This document shows, piece by piece, positions 28,297 through 38,322 of a stretch of 64,000 nucleotides of DNA; position 1 is the stretch's first letter; each line of letters starts with the position of its first letter. Source of the stretch: Patescibacteria group bacterium UBA3531 (GTDB taxonomy: Bacteria; Patescibacteriota; Minisyncoccia; Phycocordibacterales; UBA3531); NCBI GenBank assembly GCA_002376885.1, contig DFOW01000001.1:143741-207740 (forward strand), given 5' to 3'. A model generated the notes under the pieces. The model saw nothing but the letters and a program-made list of their open reading frames with translations, made no database searches and was not told where the DNA came from. Position numbers and translations under genes: made by a program.

Positions 28297-29475
28297 ATGT
28301 CAATCATAACCCTGACGTTGATCGTCTTCGTCACGCTCCTTGTTCTGAGTGTGCCGTTGTTCGTCCTCGTTGCGTGGCTCCTGGCCTACCTGGATATCTT
28401 TTTTGGATTCCTCCAGGAGAATACGGGCTTCGCCAAGATCGTTGGAGACAACCAACTTCAAAGCATGCAAATCGCTTCGAAGAGTCAGCACCTCAAAAGG
28501 AAGGTGGTCCAACACCCTGAGGCGGGCGCAATCGAGACGTGGGTTCTGGAACAAGGAGCAGATCCCAACCCTGCCTTCGGCCTTATTGGTTGGATGGAGC
28601 GCAAGCTTGGTGTCTACTGGATTGGTGTTTGGCCGTTCCAAAGGCGCTACCGGTACGAGATGTTCCGAACCGTCTTCGATCGGAGTGCTGACGCAGACGA
28701 GAACACGATCCTCCGGAAGAATGACCAGAGCAAGTTCTTCTACGTTCAGCCGGTGGAGTACGCCTTCTCTCTCCTCGGAGCAGAGACAGGCAGTGCCTTC
28801 GCTGGCGACACAGAAGATACGGACACTTCGTCTCGGGGTGGCAACATCCCGGTGAACGTGAAGTTCTCCGTGTTCCTCTTGATCACAAGACCCGAGATTG
28901 CCCTCTTCAAGAACCCTGTATGGTTCGAGCGAGCAAGCTCGATCCTTCTGTCCGCAGCGAAGAACTACGTCGGCACTCGTGCGTATGAGGCGCTCCGTGG
29001 CGAAAGCCGATCGGACACCGCAGACGTCGAGACCGATGATGCCTTCGCGGGCTACATGCGGGATCTGAACGAAGCGATTCCGGGAACCGGTCACGGCTTC
29101 GAATCCGAGATCGGTGCCAAGATCGTCGGAGCGGCCATCAGAGCCGTCGACATCACGGCGGAGGGCGAAGAGGCCCGAAGCGCAACGCTGCTCCTCTACG
29201 GAGAAGAGCAGCGCGCCAAGGGAATCCGAGCCGTCGCTGATGCGCGTCGCTACGAGCTCGAACAGGAGCTCGATGCAGTCGATGGATCCCCCAACGGGGG
29301 GCACGTCCGTCGGATGCGCGCGATCGAGCGTGCAGGTGAGCGTGGTAACACAATCATCTTCACGAGCGGCGGCGACGAAAAGGAGGATCGTGTCGCAGCG
29401 AACCTTCTGGCTGGCCGCAAGGGTGAAGACCCCTCAAGCGAAGGCACCGATGACTCCACCGAGAAGGAGGAGTAG
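28297..29475 (+). CDS. G+C-rich SPFH/band-7-like membrane protein (cassette D)
   Basis: N-terminal TM, beta-rich core with ...ASSILLSAAKNYVGTRAYEAL..., EIGAKIVGAAIRAVDI, then A/E/R-rich coiled-coil AEGEEARSA...RAKGIRAVADARRYE as in HflK/C-flotillin. Confidence 0.5.
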   Translation: MSIITLTLIVFVTLLVLSVPLFVLVAWLLAYLDIFFGFLQENTGFAKIVGDNQLQSMQIASKSQHLKRKVVQHPEAGAIETWVLEQGADPNPAFGLIGWMERKLGVYWIGVWPFQRRYRYEMFRTVFDRSADADENTILRKNDQSKFFYVQPVEYAFSLLGAETGSAFAGDTEDTDTSSRGGNIPVNVKFSVFLLITRPEIALFKNPVWFERASSILLSAAKNYVGTRAYEALRGESRSDTADVETDDAFAGYMRDLNEAIPGTGHGFESEIGAKIVGAAIRAVDITAEGEEARSATLLLYGEEQRAKGIRAVADARRYELEQELDAVDGSPNGGHVRRMRAIERAGERGNTIIFTSGGDEKEDRVAANLLAGRKGEDPSSEGTDDSTEKEE

Positions 29476-30252
29476 ATGAAGATGCCTGACTCGATAAGGG
29501 GGCTTGGGTGGAAGCGGTTCTCCGCAACTGCCCTTACCTCGTTCATCCTCGTCATTGTCTCGTTCATGATCGTGAACGCAGGCGAGGGCGAGGCAGAGAA
29601 GGTCTTCAAGACTCTCTCTGTGATTGCGACCGGGATTGGAGCACTCCTCGTTCTCCTGCTTCTTCTCGTGATCGTGTCGTCTCTTGCTCGTAGGCGTCGG
29701 TCTCTCAAAAAAGAGACTCCCGTCGTCGACAAGCCGACCAAACCAGGAAGATGGCAGAAGTTCAGGGCCACTCCCTTCTTCTGGACACTCTTCAAGGTCT
29801 CCGCCTTCGTAGTGGCAGTAGTCATTGCAATAAGCGGATTCCCTCTGTTGCGTGACGCCATGAACATCCCCGACGTGGGGCCCAGGAATGGAGATCTCAA
29901 GTTCTCCAAGTGGACGCTCTCCAGTACACCACTGTCGTACAACCTGAATCGAACGACACGTGGTACGGTCAAGATCTGGAAGAAAGAGCGTCGCTTTGAG
30001 CTTCCGTTCTTCTTGAACATGAAGCTCATGGGCGAGGATGGAGTTCTCGTGGGGCAAATCACCTCGAGTGACTTTGCCATGGGCGAGACCTTCCCCGTCA
30101 CCTGGGAGATGACCTGGCGAGACCATATGACCGGAGACGGAGCCCTCGAGTGTCACTACAACAAACACCACAGCGTGATTGCTTGTAACGGCACCATCTG
30201 CGGCGAAGATTCCGAAGGTCGGAGGTGTCGTCGAGTGAACTTTAGCGGCTAG
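29476..30252 (+). CDS. G+C-rich membrane protein (3 TM + Cys-containing soluble C-domain), start abuts upstream stop; possible NfeD-like partner
   Basis: TAG-ATG junction at 29473-29478; three hydrophobic helices; no family recognised. Confidence 0.4.
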   Translation: MKMPDSIRGLGWKRFSATALTSFILVIVSFMIVNAGEGEAEKVFKTLSVIATGIGALLVLLLLLVIVSSLARRRRSLKKETPVVDKPTKPGRWQKFRATPFFWTLFKVSAFVVAVVIAISGFPLLRDAMNIPDVGPRNGDLKFSKWTLSSTPLSYNLNRTTRGTVKIWKKERRFELPFFLNMKLMGEDGVLVGQITSSDFAMGETFPVTWEMTWRDHMTGDGALECHYNKHHSVIACNGTICGEDSEGRRCRRVNFSG

Positions 30253-30267
30253 AAAGGAGAAGACATC

Positions 30268-30339
30268 CTCACATCTAAATATATAGATGTGAGAAAATGG
30301 GCCCTGTCCGCCATATGCGGATAGGGCCTGTTTCTTTGT
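30268..30339. terminator. tandem hairpins between convergent cassette D and pilin array
   Basis: CTCACATCTA-aatatat-AGATGTGAG and GGGCCCTGTCCGC-cata-TGCGGATAGGGCC + tgtttcttt. Confidence 0.55.
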
Positions 30340-30360
30340 CTGCCACCTTCGTAAAATTCT

Positions 30361-30825
30361 CTATGGCAATATATTACAAAAAGGAGAATCTGCTGGAATA
30401 CAAAGTTCACGACCCTGATTACCAGAATTTCCTGTTGGCTGATTTGGAACCAAATTTCCAGGGTCGCTAATAGGTTGTGGTGGCTCGGTAAAAAATGGGC
30501 TTTCTCCCGGAACACCACCAAAAAAGATTGTTAAAATAATGGTCACAATCCCCCACAACGAAACAAGAACAAAAATTCCTACAACACCAATCACCAAAAT
30601 CCTTCGGGCTCCTTCTTTTTTTGTTGGGTCCTCACTCGAAGACAAATATTTAATAACACCCCAAATAAATACAACTACTGCCACCCCAACCAAAAGTGGA
30701 ACAACGTCACGAAGTGGAATAATTAAATTGTATACATAGACATCAAACGAGGTTTGCGCCGAGACAATAAATGGCACAAACAATAAAGAAAGGGTTGTAC
30801 TGATTCCAAAAAATTTCTTTAACAT
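30361..30825 (-). CDS. pilin-like paralog P1 (Sec signal + 2 TM, VirB2/TrbC-like T4SS-pilin architecture) with Pro-rich C-tail
   Basis: MLKKFFGISTTLSLLFVPFIVSAQ signal; LVGVAVVVFIWGVIKYLSSSEDPTKK...ILVIGVVGIFVLVSLWGI; start at internal ATG. Confidence 0.5.
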   Translation of the reverse strand: MLKKFFGISTTLSLLFVPFIVSAQTSFDVYVYNLIIPLRDVVPLLVGVAVVVFIWGVIKYLSSSEDPTKKEGARRILVIGVVGIFVLVSLWGIVTIILTIFFGGVPGESPFFTEPPQPISDPGNLVPNQPTGNSGNQGRELCIPADSPFCNILP

Positions 30826-31139
30826 GCTCCTATAAATACACAAAGTGTGTTTAATATTGCCCACACCCCTGCCATAATTACAAATCCAATAATCCCATAA
30901 ATTGCATTACGTTTTCCTCTCGCTACCTTGTCTTCGCTGTCTGCTCCGTAAATCCATTCAATAACTCCCCACGCAAATACAATCATGGCAACAACAAACA
31001 TAAGGCCAATCAAAGGACGCAAAATAAACAGTTGGATATTAAAAAGAATTTCTTCAAGTCTGCTTGTTTGGGCAAGCGCCACAAGTGGAATAAATAAAAA
31101 AGAAGTGACAATACCCAAAGCCTGTATGTGTCGTTTCAT
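30819..31139 (-). CDS. pilin-like paralog P2
   Basis: MKRHIQALGIVTSFLFIPLVALAQ signal; MFVVAMIVFAWGVIEWIYGADSEDK...IYGIIGFVIMAGVWAIL; start at internal ATG 31139. Confidence 0.5.
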   Translation of the reverse strand: MKRHIQALGIVTSFLFIPLVALAQTSRLEEILFNIQLFILRPLIGLMFVVAMIVFAWGVIEWIYGADSEDKVARGKRNAIYGIIGFVIMAGVWAILNTLCVFIGAC

Positions 31140-31219
31140 AATTACAGTATACCCACAAAACCTAAAAGGAGCACCATAGGTGCTCCTTTTAGTGTATATA
31201 AGTTTACCGAAGTAATTTC

Positions 31220-31582
31220 TTACGGAATTGGTGGAGTTTGTGCTGATCCTGTTCCTGCTCCAGTCAAGTTTTGCAAGATCGCAACAAGTCCCCAGATAGA
31301 CACGATTACAAAGATCGCAATAATGCCGTAAATCATAAGGTTTCGTCCTGCTGCTCGTTTTTCTTCGCTTTCTCCGGCAGTAACGTATCGGATAACTCCC
31401 CAAATGAATACCACAACAGCAACCGCTACAAGAAATGGAATCAAGTTTCCAATAATTCCTCGAGCTTGAGACAAAAGACTGCTGATGTATCCTGTGTTAG
31501 GAGATTGAGCAAGCGCCATCAAAGGAAGGAGTACTGCACTCGCTCCTGTTGCTGCACCTGCTAATTTTGCCGTATATTTCAT
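31220..31582 (-). CDS. pilin-like paralog P3
   Basis: Signal ...LLPLMALAQ; LVAVAVVVFIWGVIRYVTAGESEEK...IYGIIAIFVIVSIWGLV. Confidence 0.5.
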   Translation of the reverse strand: MKYTAKLAGAATGASAVLLPLMALAQSPNTGYISSLLSQARGIIGNLIPFLVAVAVVVFIWGVIRYVTAGESEEKRAAGRNLMIYGIIAIFVIVSIWGLVAILQNLTGAGTGSAQTPPIP

Positions 31583-31647
31583 ACTAGTATGATAAATCGT
31601 ACTTATAATTTTACTAATCGACCTTTGTTAAATGCTTAACAACTATT

Positions 31648-31935
31648 TTATAACGTCTCAATCGTCTCAGCAATAACGGTCACTATCACCCACGCTCCAA
31701 GCAAGACCGATGCACCGATAATGGTGTATAGAAACGTTTTTTTGGCACTTTTAATCTTGTCTTCACTCCCTCGTGCTGTTACAAATAAAAATCCAGAGTA
31801 AATGATAAAAAAAACTGCAATCACTACTCCGTACTGAATTAAAACATCCACCAGACGCTGCAACAGTCCTAAAAGATTGTCTGCAGCTATTGGATTTTGT
31901 AGCTGTGCGTGAGCTGTTTTTACAAGCTTAATCAT
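31648..31935 (-). CDS. pilin-like paralog P4, apparently lacking a signal peptide (possibly decaying copy)
   Basis: IAVFFIIYSGFLFVTARGSEDK...LYTIIGASVLLGAWVIV; in-frame TAA 4 codons upstream of ATG prevents N-extension. Confidence 0.4.
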   Translation of the reverse strand: MIKLVKTAHAQLQNPIAADNLLGLLQRLVDVLIQYGVVIAVFFIIYSGFLFVTARGSEDKIKSAKKTFLYTIIGASVLLGAWVIVTVIAETIETL

Positions 31936-32010
31936 AGTGCCTCTTGTTTAGTATAACGAATACGTTTACTTATGGTCTCCTCTTGAATAATTCTTGTGGA
32001 AATCCATTAT

Positions 32011-32415
32011 TTATACTCCCGGACAATTAGGAAATTGGTTCCAGTTCGTAAACGAACCATTCGCAAGCACTGAAATAATGGTATTGATAATAAGCCAAGC
32101 AGCAAAGGCAATAATAATACCGTACACACCATTTTTAATAGTACTTTGCGCTTTTCCGGTACTCCCCACATTCCCTGCAGCAAGCATGTATTGAATCCCA
32201 CCCCAGGCAATAACAAGTGCCGCAACCGGAATAATGATAATCAAAAGAAAATCAATAATAGTATCAGCAAGAATATATAAATGACACACGCGACAAGGTT
32301 CAAGATCACCTTGCCCACACACAATCAGACTCGGGAGTTGTGCATTAGCAACAAGCGGAAGCGCCGCGATCACAACAAGAAATAAGAATGATGAAATGTG
32401 TGCAATTTTTTTCAT
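32011..32415 (-). CDS. pilin-like paralog P5 (Cys-containing N- and C-extensions)
   Basis: Signal MKKIAHISSFLFLVVIAALPLVANAQ; VAALVIAWGGIQYMLAAGN...VYGIIIAFAAWLII. Confidence 0.5.
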   Translation of the reverse strand: MKKIAHISSFLFLVVIAALPLVANAQLPSLIVCGQGDLEPCRVCHLYILADTIIDFLLIIIIPVAALVIAWGGIQYMLAAGNVGSTGKAQSTIKNGVYGIIIAFAAWLIINTIISVLANGSFTNWNQFPNCPGV

Positions 32416-32416
32416 A

Positions 32417-33736
32417 CTATTGAGCTTGGTTTACAAGAGAACGAAGGGCATTTTTTGCAGTCACAATTGCTTGTCCCGCGTCAGTTACATTAATAGAAAC
32501 ATCTCGGACCATTTTTCTAAACACGTTTTCTGTGGCACCAGGATTAGGGTCAAGCCACGTGCGCGTTATGATCGCCCCATCGTAAAATACCGACATAACC
32601 GGATCTGTTGAACCACCCGACAAAAGATCTCTTCGCGCGCTTGGCAAAAAGAAGATATCTTCTAAAAGTCTTTGGTTTTCTTGTGAGGCAAATGAAAGGA
32701 AGAAAGCTGCAGGGAACGCCTGGTTAAAGTTTGGAGAGTTCTTAACAATTCCAACGGCATAAATAGTTCCATAGTTTGCGTCGGTTCCAACTTCCAATTG
32801 TGGTACTGGTGCAACGTCATAATTTAAAAGAGGATTCCTTGATTTTATATTTTCGTATTCACTTGCAGGTGCCAAATAAAGAGCCAAATCACCAAGAGAA
32901 AATGCATTAGCAGATGGTTGAAGCGAAGTGTTCCACGAGTAATGCCTTTTTACTGGGTCAGAAAACCCAGAGTAAAACGAGAGTGCAGACTCTGCAGGTG
33001 GTTGCCCACTTGCTTGCCCAGGAATATTGTTACCCAAAACCACTTGTGGTGTTCCATTTGCATCACGCGCTACTACATCATCCCCTGCTTGAAGTAATAA
33101 AAGAGAGAGGATATTTTTAAAATAATTTATGTTGTCTGCCTCACCAAGAGCAATAGCACTTTCAAGAATCTTTCCTCGAGAATCTCGCTTGGTAACTTGA
33201 TTAGAAAAATCAATAACGTTTGTCCATGTATCAGGGACTTGTGTGATTCGTTCATTGTTAAAGGTATCACGGTTCCAATACATAACCATCGGATCAACAA
33301 GGAGCGGGAGTGCAGAAATCGCTGTCCCTTCAACAAAAATCTCTGCGCCTTCTATATAGGTGTTTCTAAAGTCTCGGGTATCAAACCCTTCGCTTTCTTC
33401 TATGGGAAAAAGGCTGTCTTTAAGCGTTACTAGTTGTTCGTGTGGGAAAATAACAAGATCGGGCTGACTGTTGCTTGCAATTGCGCGGAGCAAATCAATT
33501 TCCAAATCACTTTCTTGTTTTTGTGTGTACCTGAGCGTTACCTTGTCTCCTACTTCAAATGCATCTAACTGAGAAGTAATTTTATTTGATGGAAGCGTAC
33601 CCCACACTTGAAGCGTTACCGGATTTGCTCGAGAACTCCCACCACCAGGAGAGGGAATATACCCCGCAAACATAAGCGTTCCAATAACGCCCAGCGCGAT
33701 AAAAATTCCGATAAGTGTGATTTGAAACGCTTTCAT
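32417..33736 (-). CDS. secreted extracellular solute-binding-protein-like (ABC SBP family 1-like) protein, no permease genes nearby
   Basis: Signal/TM then VTLQVWGTLP..., PDLVIFPHEQLV, LPLLVDPMVMYWNRDTF, PDTWTNVIDF motifs reminiscent of MalE-type SBPs. Confidence 0.45.
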   Translation of the reverse strand: MKAFQITLIGIFIALGVIGTLMFAGYIPSPGGGSSRANPVTLQVWGTLPSNKITSQLDAFEVGDKVTLRYTQKQESDLEIDLLRAIASNSQPDLVIFPHEQLVTLKDSLFPIEESEGFDTRDFRNTYIEGAEIFVEGTAISALPLLVDPMVMYWNRDTFNNERITQVPDTWTNVIDFSNQVTKRDSRGKILESAIALGEADNINYFKNILSLLLLQAGDDVVARDANGTPQVVLGNNIPGQASGQPPAESALSFYSGFSDPVKRHYSWNTSLQPSANAFSLGDLALYLAPASEYENIKSRNPLLNYDVAPVPQLEVGTDANYGTIYAVGIVKNSPNFNQAFPAAFFLSFASQENQRLLEDIFFLPSARRDLLSGGSTDPVMSVFYDGAIITRTWLDPNPGATENVFRKMVRDVSINVTDAGQAIVTAKNALRSLVNQAQ

Positions 33737-33741
33737 TATTC

Positions 33742-34272
33742 TTATTCCTTTTCAAATATTATCGCATAATGGTGTTCGCCTGTCTCAAAACTCTCAAGCT
33801 CTCGAAACCCATGACGAGAAAATAAATCGTGTGTCATGTCTTTTGTCATAACCATTTCGGGTGTCGGCCCCAAATGTCCATGCGAATCTGTCCAATCAAC
33901 TACAAGTACGCGACCACCATGCTTTAAGACTCTATTTGCCTCTCCTACTAAAACATCTTTATGTTCTACTTGGAAAACAAGATTTGAAATAATCACTGCA
34001 TCGCATAAACCATCTTTTAAACCAGCGCCCCCTTCTTCTTCAATATCGCCCCAGAGCGTTTCTATATTGTGTGCACCGGCCTCTTGTGCCCTATTTTTAA
34101 GAGTCGGAAAAAGATCTTTTTGAATATCGATTGCATATACCTTTCCACTCGTACCAACACGAGGACTTGCGGCCAAGGCATATTCACCTGTCCCGGTACC
34201 AAAATCAGCGAGGATCATTCCCTCGCGCAGGCCAAGCCGTGCCACAACATCTCGTGGATTTAAAAAAGCCAT
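33742..34272 (-). CDS. class I SAM-dependent methyltransferase
   Basis: ILADFGTGTGEYAL motif I, ...VLKHGGRVLVVDW. Confidence 0.75.
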   Translation of the reverse strand: MAFLNPRDVVARLGLREGMILADFGTGTGEYALAASPRVGTSGKVYAIDIQKDLFPTLKNRAQEAGAHNIETLWGDIEEEGGAGLKDGLCDAVIISNLVFQVEHKDVLVGEANRVLKHGGRVLVVDWTDSHGHLGPTPEMVMTKDMTHDLFSRHGFRELESFETGEHHYAIIFEKE

Positions 34273-34332
34273 ATATACATTATTGTATCGGTTTTAAAAT
34301 CACCGAGCAAAAGAGTTATCCAAATTAAATGT

Positions 34333-36801
34333 TTAGAGACACGTGAGTGATGCAAGTGAGTCTGATGCTTTAAGCTTCATCAATCTCACTCCTTGAGTTT
34401 GCCGTCCGAGCGTTGGAACATCTTCAAGTCCCATTCGAATAATTTGACCATGTTTTGAGATCGCCAAAATTTCTTTATCATCTTCGGTTACAATCTTTGC
34501 TCCAATTATGTCTCCTGTTTTTGACGTCACCTTTGCAGTTTTCACACCTCCCCCACCTCGTTTTTGTACTTTGTATTCTTTAAGAGATGTTTTTTTACCA
34601 AATCCCTTCTCTCCCACCACAAGAAGTGTGTTAGTATTGTCTCCTTTTTTGGTAGCTGATGCGGAAACTACTTTGTCTCCACTCTTAAGCGTGATTCCAC
34701 GAACACCGGCTGCTGCTCGTCCCATTTCTCGAACGTCGCTTTCGGTAAATCTAATTGATTGTCCTTTTTTAGTAATGAGTGATACTGTATCTCCCTTTTC
34801 TACAAAACCAGAGAAGAGTAGGCTGTCTCCCTTTCCAAGTTTAATGGCAATGATTCCGCTTCGTCTTACATCGTGGAAGCTTTCTGCTTTTACCTTTTTA
34901 ACCATTCCACCCTCGGTAACCATGACAAGCGAAAGCTCTTTGCCTTTTACTTCCTTTGGCATGGCAAGAACAGAGGTAATCACTTCTCCTTCTTCAATCT
35001 GTAAGTAATTCATTACTGACTTACCTTTTGTTGCACGCTTTCCTTCTGGAAGGTCATACATTTTAATTTGATACGCCTTTCCTTTGTCAGTAAAGAAGAG
35101 AAGATCGCTGTGAGTGCTTGCCGTTAAGAACGTCGTTACAAAATCTTCATCTTTAGTATTTAAATCAATAACACCCGAGCCACCTCGTTTTTGTTTTCGA
35201 TATTCCCCTGGGTCGGTTCGTTTAATGTAGCCACCATGAGTAAGTGCTACTACTTGTTCAACTTCTGGCACCAAGTCCTCGACACTAATATTTTTTACAC
35301 CACCTGCAACAACTTTGGTCCGCCTATCATCTCCATACTTTTCTTTAATCTCTTTAAATTCATCGATAACAATTTTAAGAACCTTCTTTTTGTCGGCAAG
35401 AATTGCTTTGAGCTCTTTAATAAGAACCTTTAAGTCTTTAAGTTCGTCTTCAATCTTTTTGCGCTCAAGCCCTGCAAGTTTTTGCAAACGCATATCAAGG
35501 ATTGCTGTTGCTTGAACATCCGTCAACTTAAACTTCTTCATTAAGTTTGCGTGTGCCGTTGGAGTATCTTTTGAAGACTTGATAGTTTTAATGACGGCAT
35601 CGATGTTATCGAGCGCTTTTTTGAGCCCTTCTAAAATATGCGCACGTTCTTCTGCCTTACGTAAGTCATATGCTGTTCGCCTGGTAACAATTTCGTTCCT
35701 ATGAATAATAAATGCATCCAAAATATCTTTAAGACTCAAAAGTTCTGGAACACCTTCGCGGAGCGCAAGCATATTGTAGTGATAGGTTGTTTCAAGATCG
35801 GTGTGTTTGTAGAGAGCATTTACTACCTTTTGTGGGTGCCCACCACCCTTCAGGTCAATAACAATCCGCGTGTCATCGGTTGATTCGTCACGAATATCTT
35901 TTACTCCTTCAATTTTTTTATCGCGCACAAGATCTGCGATTTTAATAATGAGCTCTGCTCGGTTTACTTGATACGGAATAGAACTTACGACAATTTGAAA
36001 CTGCCCACTTTTTGTTTCGGTAATATCGGTCTCGCCACGCACCACAACTCCACCCTTACCATTTGCATAAGCGTGATGAATATCTTTTTTATTAAATACA
36101 ATTCCCCCTGTTGGGAAGTCAGGACCCTTAATGAATTGCATAAGGTCTTCGGTTGTTGCCTTTTCATTCTCTGCAACATGCATGAGTGCATCCATAACCT
36201 CTCCTAAGTTGTGTGGTGGCATTTTTGTCGCCATACCAACCGCAATACCAAGGGTTCCGTTTAAAAGAAGATTTGGTGTTCGTGCCGGAAGCACTACGGG
36301 TTCTTTTGCTGTGTTATCAAAGTTTGGTCGAAACTCTACCGTTTCTTTTTCAATATCGCGAAGCATTTCAGCTGCAATTTTAGACATTTTTGCCTCGGTG
36401 TATCGGTATGCAGCAGGAGGGTCGCCATCGATAGAACCAAAGTTACCTTGTGGCATAACCATGGGGTACCGAGTTGAGAAGTCTTGCGCTAGTTTTACCA
36501 TGGCATCGTACACTGACGAATCACCATGTGGGTGGTATTTTGCAAGTACCGTCCCTACCACGTTTGCTGACTTTCTAAATTTACTTGAGGATGTGAGTCC
36601 CATTTCATGCATCGTAAACAAAATACGTCGGTGTACTGGTTTTAAACCATCACGAACATCGGGAAGCGCACGAGACACAATCACACTCATGGCATAGTCC
36701 AAATATGACTCCTTCATTTCTGGAACAATATCCATAGGAATCACGTTTGATGACGCTTTTGTATTTTCTTCTTTAGGTTGTTCGTCTTTCTTTTTTGGCA
36801 T
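34333..36801 (-). CDS. gyrA: DNA gyrase subunit A
   Basis: [40 protein letters not shown], active-site Tyr region, GyrA-box QKRGGGG in C-terminal beta-pinwheel. Confidence 0.9.
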   Translation of the reverse strand: MPKKKDEQPKEENTKASSNVIPMDIVPEMKESYLDYAMSVIVSRALPDVRDGLKPVHRRILFTMHEMGLTSSSKFRKSANVVGTVLAKYHPHGDSSVYDAMVKLAQDFSTRYPMVMPQGNFGSIDGDPPAAYRYTEAKMSKIAAEMLRDIEKETVEFRPNFDNTAKEPVVLPARTPNLLLNGTLGIAVGMATKMPPHNLGEVMDALMHVAENEKATTEDLMQFIKGPDFPTGGIVFNKKDIHHAYANGKGGVVVRGETDITETKSGQFQIVVSSIPYQVNRAELIIKIADLVRDKKIEGVKDIRDESTDDTRIVIDLKGGGHPQKVVNALYKHTDLETTYHYNMLALREGVPELLSLKDILDAFIIHRNEIVTRRTAYDLRKAEERAHILEGLKKALDNIDAVIKTIKSSKDTPTAHANLMKKFKLTDVQATAILDMRLQKLAGLERKKIEDELKDLKVLIKELKAILADKKKVLKIVIDEFKEIKEKYGDDRRTKVVAGGVKNISVEDLVPEVEQVVALTHGGYIKRTDPGEYRKQKRGGSGVIDLNTKDEDFVTTFLTASTHSDLLFFTDKGKAYQIKMYDLPEGKRATKGKSVMNYLQIEEGEVITSVLAMPKEVKGKELSLVMVTEGGMVKKVKAESFHDVRRSGIIAIKLGKGDSLLFSGFVEKGDTVSLITKKGQSIRFTESDVREMGRAAAGVRGITLKSGDKVVSASATKKGDNTNTLLVVGEKGFGKKTSLKEYKVQKRGGGGVKTAKVTSKTGDIIGAKIVTEDDKEILAISKHGQIIRMGLEDVPTLGRQTQGVRLMKLKASDSLASLTCL

Positions 36802-36802
36802 A

Positions 36803-37039
36803 TTAGTTAACTCCTACGAGCGATAGCAGGCTATTTTTGATTTCACTAAATCCTACACGTACTGTTTCAAAAAATGAAGGATTTGCGGGCGATGCAGTGT
36901 TTTCTGCAACTGCGCCCTCTTCTATTGGTGGGATATCAAACGTAACTGCCCATGCAACAACGATAAGAAGCGTTAGACCAATACTCATTATTAAAACTTT
37001 CCTTCGCTTTTCTTCTATTGTTCCTGATGCTTCGTTCAT
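36803..37039 (-). CDS. small hypothetical membrane protein
   Basis: 78 aa, one TM; stop-start adjacency with gyrA. Confidence 0.35.
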   Translation of the reverse strand: MNEASGTIEEKRRKVLIMSIGLTLLIVVAWAVTFDIPPIEEGAVAENTASPANPSFFETVRVGFSEIKNSLLSLVGVN

Positions 37040-37040
37040 A

Positions 37041-37682
37041 TTATTGTGGGAGCAATACCATCACTTCTCCTTCCTTTCCGTCAACGTCCTTCTTTTTAAG
37101 AACAGCTTTTACTTCTCCTTTCACACTCTCTTCTCCCAATTCTTTTAGAAATGTTTTGAGTTCTTTATCTTTGTCTCCTTCGTGGTTGACAGGAATCACA
37201 ATACTTGGCTCAAGTGCTGTTGCCAGTTTATGGGCATCTTTTGCAGACACAGCGTCTTTACCACTGATAGGAACAAATAAAATATCTACTTCTCCAAGAG
37301 CCTCTTTTACTTTTGGATCAAGCTCTCCTTTTTGGATAGCCCCTAAGTGACATACATGCATTCCTTCTATTAATACATTGTAGGCGGTATTAATGTGGTC
37401 TTTATCTTTAATTGATTCTCCTTCTGGTTCGGTCAACACTCCTTTTATATAGACACCAGCGATATCATATTCGCCAGGGCCAAGTGCCACAAATGGCACC
37501 TTGTTGCCATAGGTCATATTATCGGTTGCGCCATAATCAGCGGTTTGGTTCCCCGCAAGGACAATATCCGCGCCAAACTTAGGGCCCTTCTTCGTGCCGT
37601 CTTTTTCGTAGGGATTTACGGCGACCACGAGGTCGCCAACTTGGATCTTTATAAGTGATTTTCCGAGGTATGTAATTACCAT
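37041..37682 (-). CDS. metal-dependent hydrolase, beta-lactamase fold (UPF0173-like)
   Basis: MVITYLG.S...GDLVVAVNPY...VLAGNQTADYG...HVCHLG MBL-fold signature positions. Confidence 0.55.
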   Translation of the reverse strand: MVITYLGKSLIKIQVGDLVVAVNPYEKDGTKKGPKFGADIVLAGNQTADYGATDNMTYGNKVPFVALGPGEYDIAGVYIKGVLTEPEGESIKDKDHINTAYNVLIEGMHVCHLGAIQKGELDPKVKEALGEVDILFVPISGKDAVSAKDAHKLATALEPSIVIPVNHEGDKDKELKTFLKELGEESVKGEVKAVLKKKDVDGKEGEVMVLLPQ

Positions 37683-37801
37683 TTCGCGTCTTTATTAACC
37701 CTTCTGAACCCCCCTAGTATAGCAGAAATCCGCCTAAAAACAAAGCTTTTTCTGGTTTTTAGCCTAAAAATAATTTCAAGCTATTGAATCATTAAACGTA
37801 C

Positions 37802-37830
37802 TTGACAAATATATATAAATATGATATTAT
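37802..37830 (+). promoter_or_regulatory. promoter cTTGACAaat-17-TATTAT for cassette E
   Basis: TTGACA 37802-37807, TATTAT 37825-37830. Confidence 0.5.
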
Positions 37831-37889
37831 AAGAATAGAAACATAGGGAAAGGCATTGTGCCCCTACTGCTCACCACAAGGAGAATACC

Positions 37890-38249
37890 GTGTATACCGC
37901 AGCATCTCTTTTTCTGATCATCTTCTGCGTGGCATGCTCCCCTGTGGAGGAGGCAAGCCCCAGAGAGAAAGTGAATGAAATCCGGCAGGGTTTCGTGAAT
38001 GACATCGGAGATGAGGGCCTAGAGAAGGCTCTTGAGAACCTCTCGCAGGAATGCGAGAAGCTCGAAGGCTACGGCTTCAGTGTCAAGACCCTCAACAGGA
38101 CTCGAGGCGTCTACAAGATCAAGATCACTGGGCCCAACGTGGCAACCCAGGTGATCTTTCAGACCTCTGAGTCAGTCGACGAGCAATCCTCTGCAGAGCG
38201 CCTGGACGCTCCTACACTCAAGGGGTTTGAGGCTCCCATTCTCCAGTAG
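37890..38249 (+). CDS. G+C-rich putative lipoprotein ORFan (cassette E)
   Basis: Signal LFLIIFCVACSP with lipobox-like Cys; GC3-rich; GAGAATACC-GTG/ATG context; terminator follows. Confidence 0.4.
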   Translation: MYTAASLFLIIFCVACSPVEEASPREKVNEIRQGFVNDIGDEGLEKALENLSQECEKLEGYGFSVKTLNRTRGVYKIKITGPNVATQVIFQTSESVDEQSSAERLDAPTLKGFEAPILQ

Positions 38250-38288
38250 TACCAAGGCTTCGCCTGACAGCCTAAAAGGACTCGGGCA

Positions 38289-38322
38289 ACACACCATCTT
38301 GGAAGCAAGGTGGTGTTTTTGT
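38289..38322 (+). terminator. intrinsic terminator ACACCATCTTGG-aagc-AAGGTGGTGT + TTTTTG
   Basis: 11-bp stem (1 mismatch) plus T-run. Confidence 0.6.

Noticed and set aside
28300-30171. Minus-strand ORFs 28300..29304, 29250..30101, 29434..30171 and plus ORFs 28349..28855, 29114..29479 inside cassette D
   Set aside because: Shadow or alternative-frame ORFs in GC-rich sequence; the 28297 and 29476 frames are translationally coupled, have an RBS, and carry recognisable domain features.
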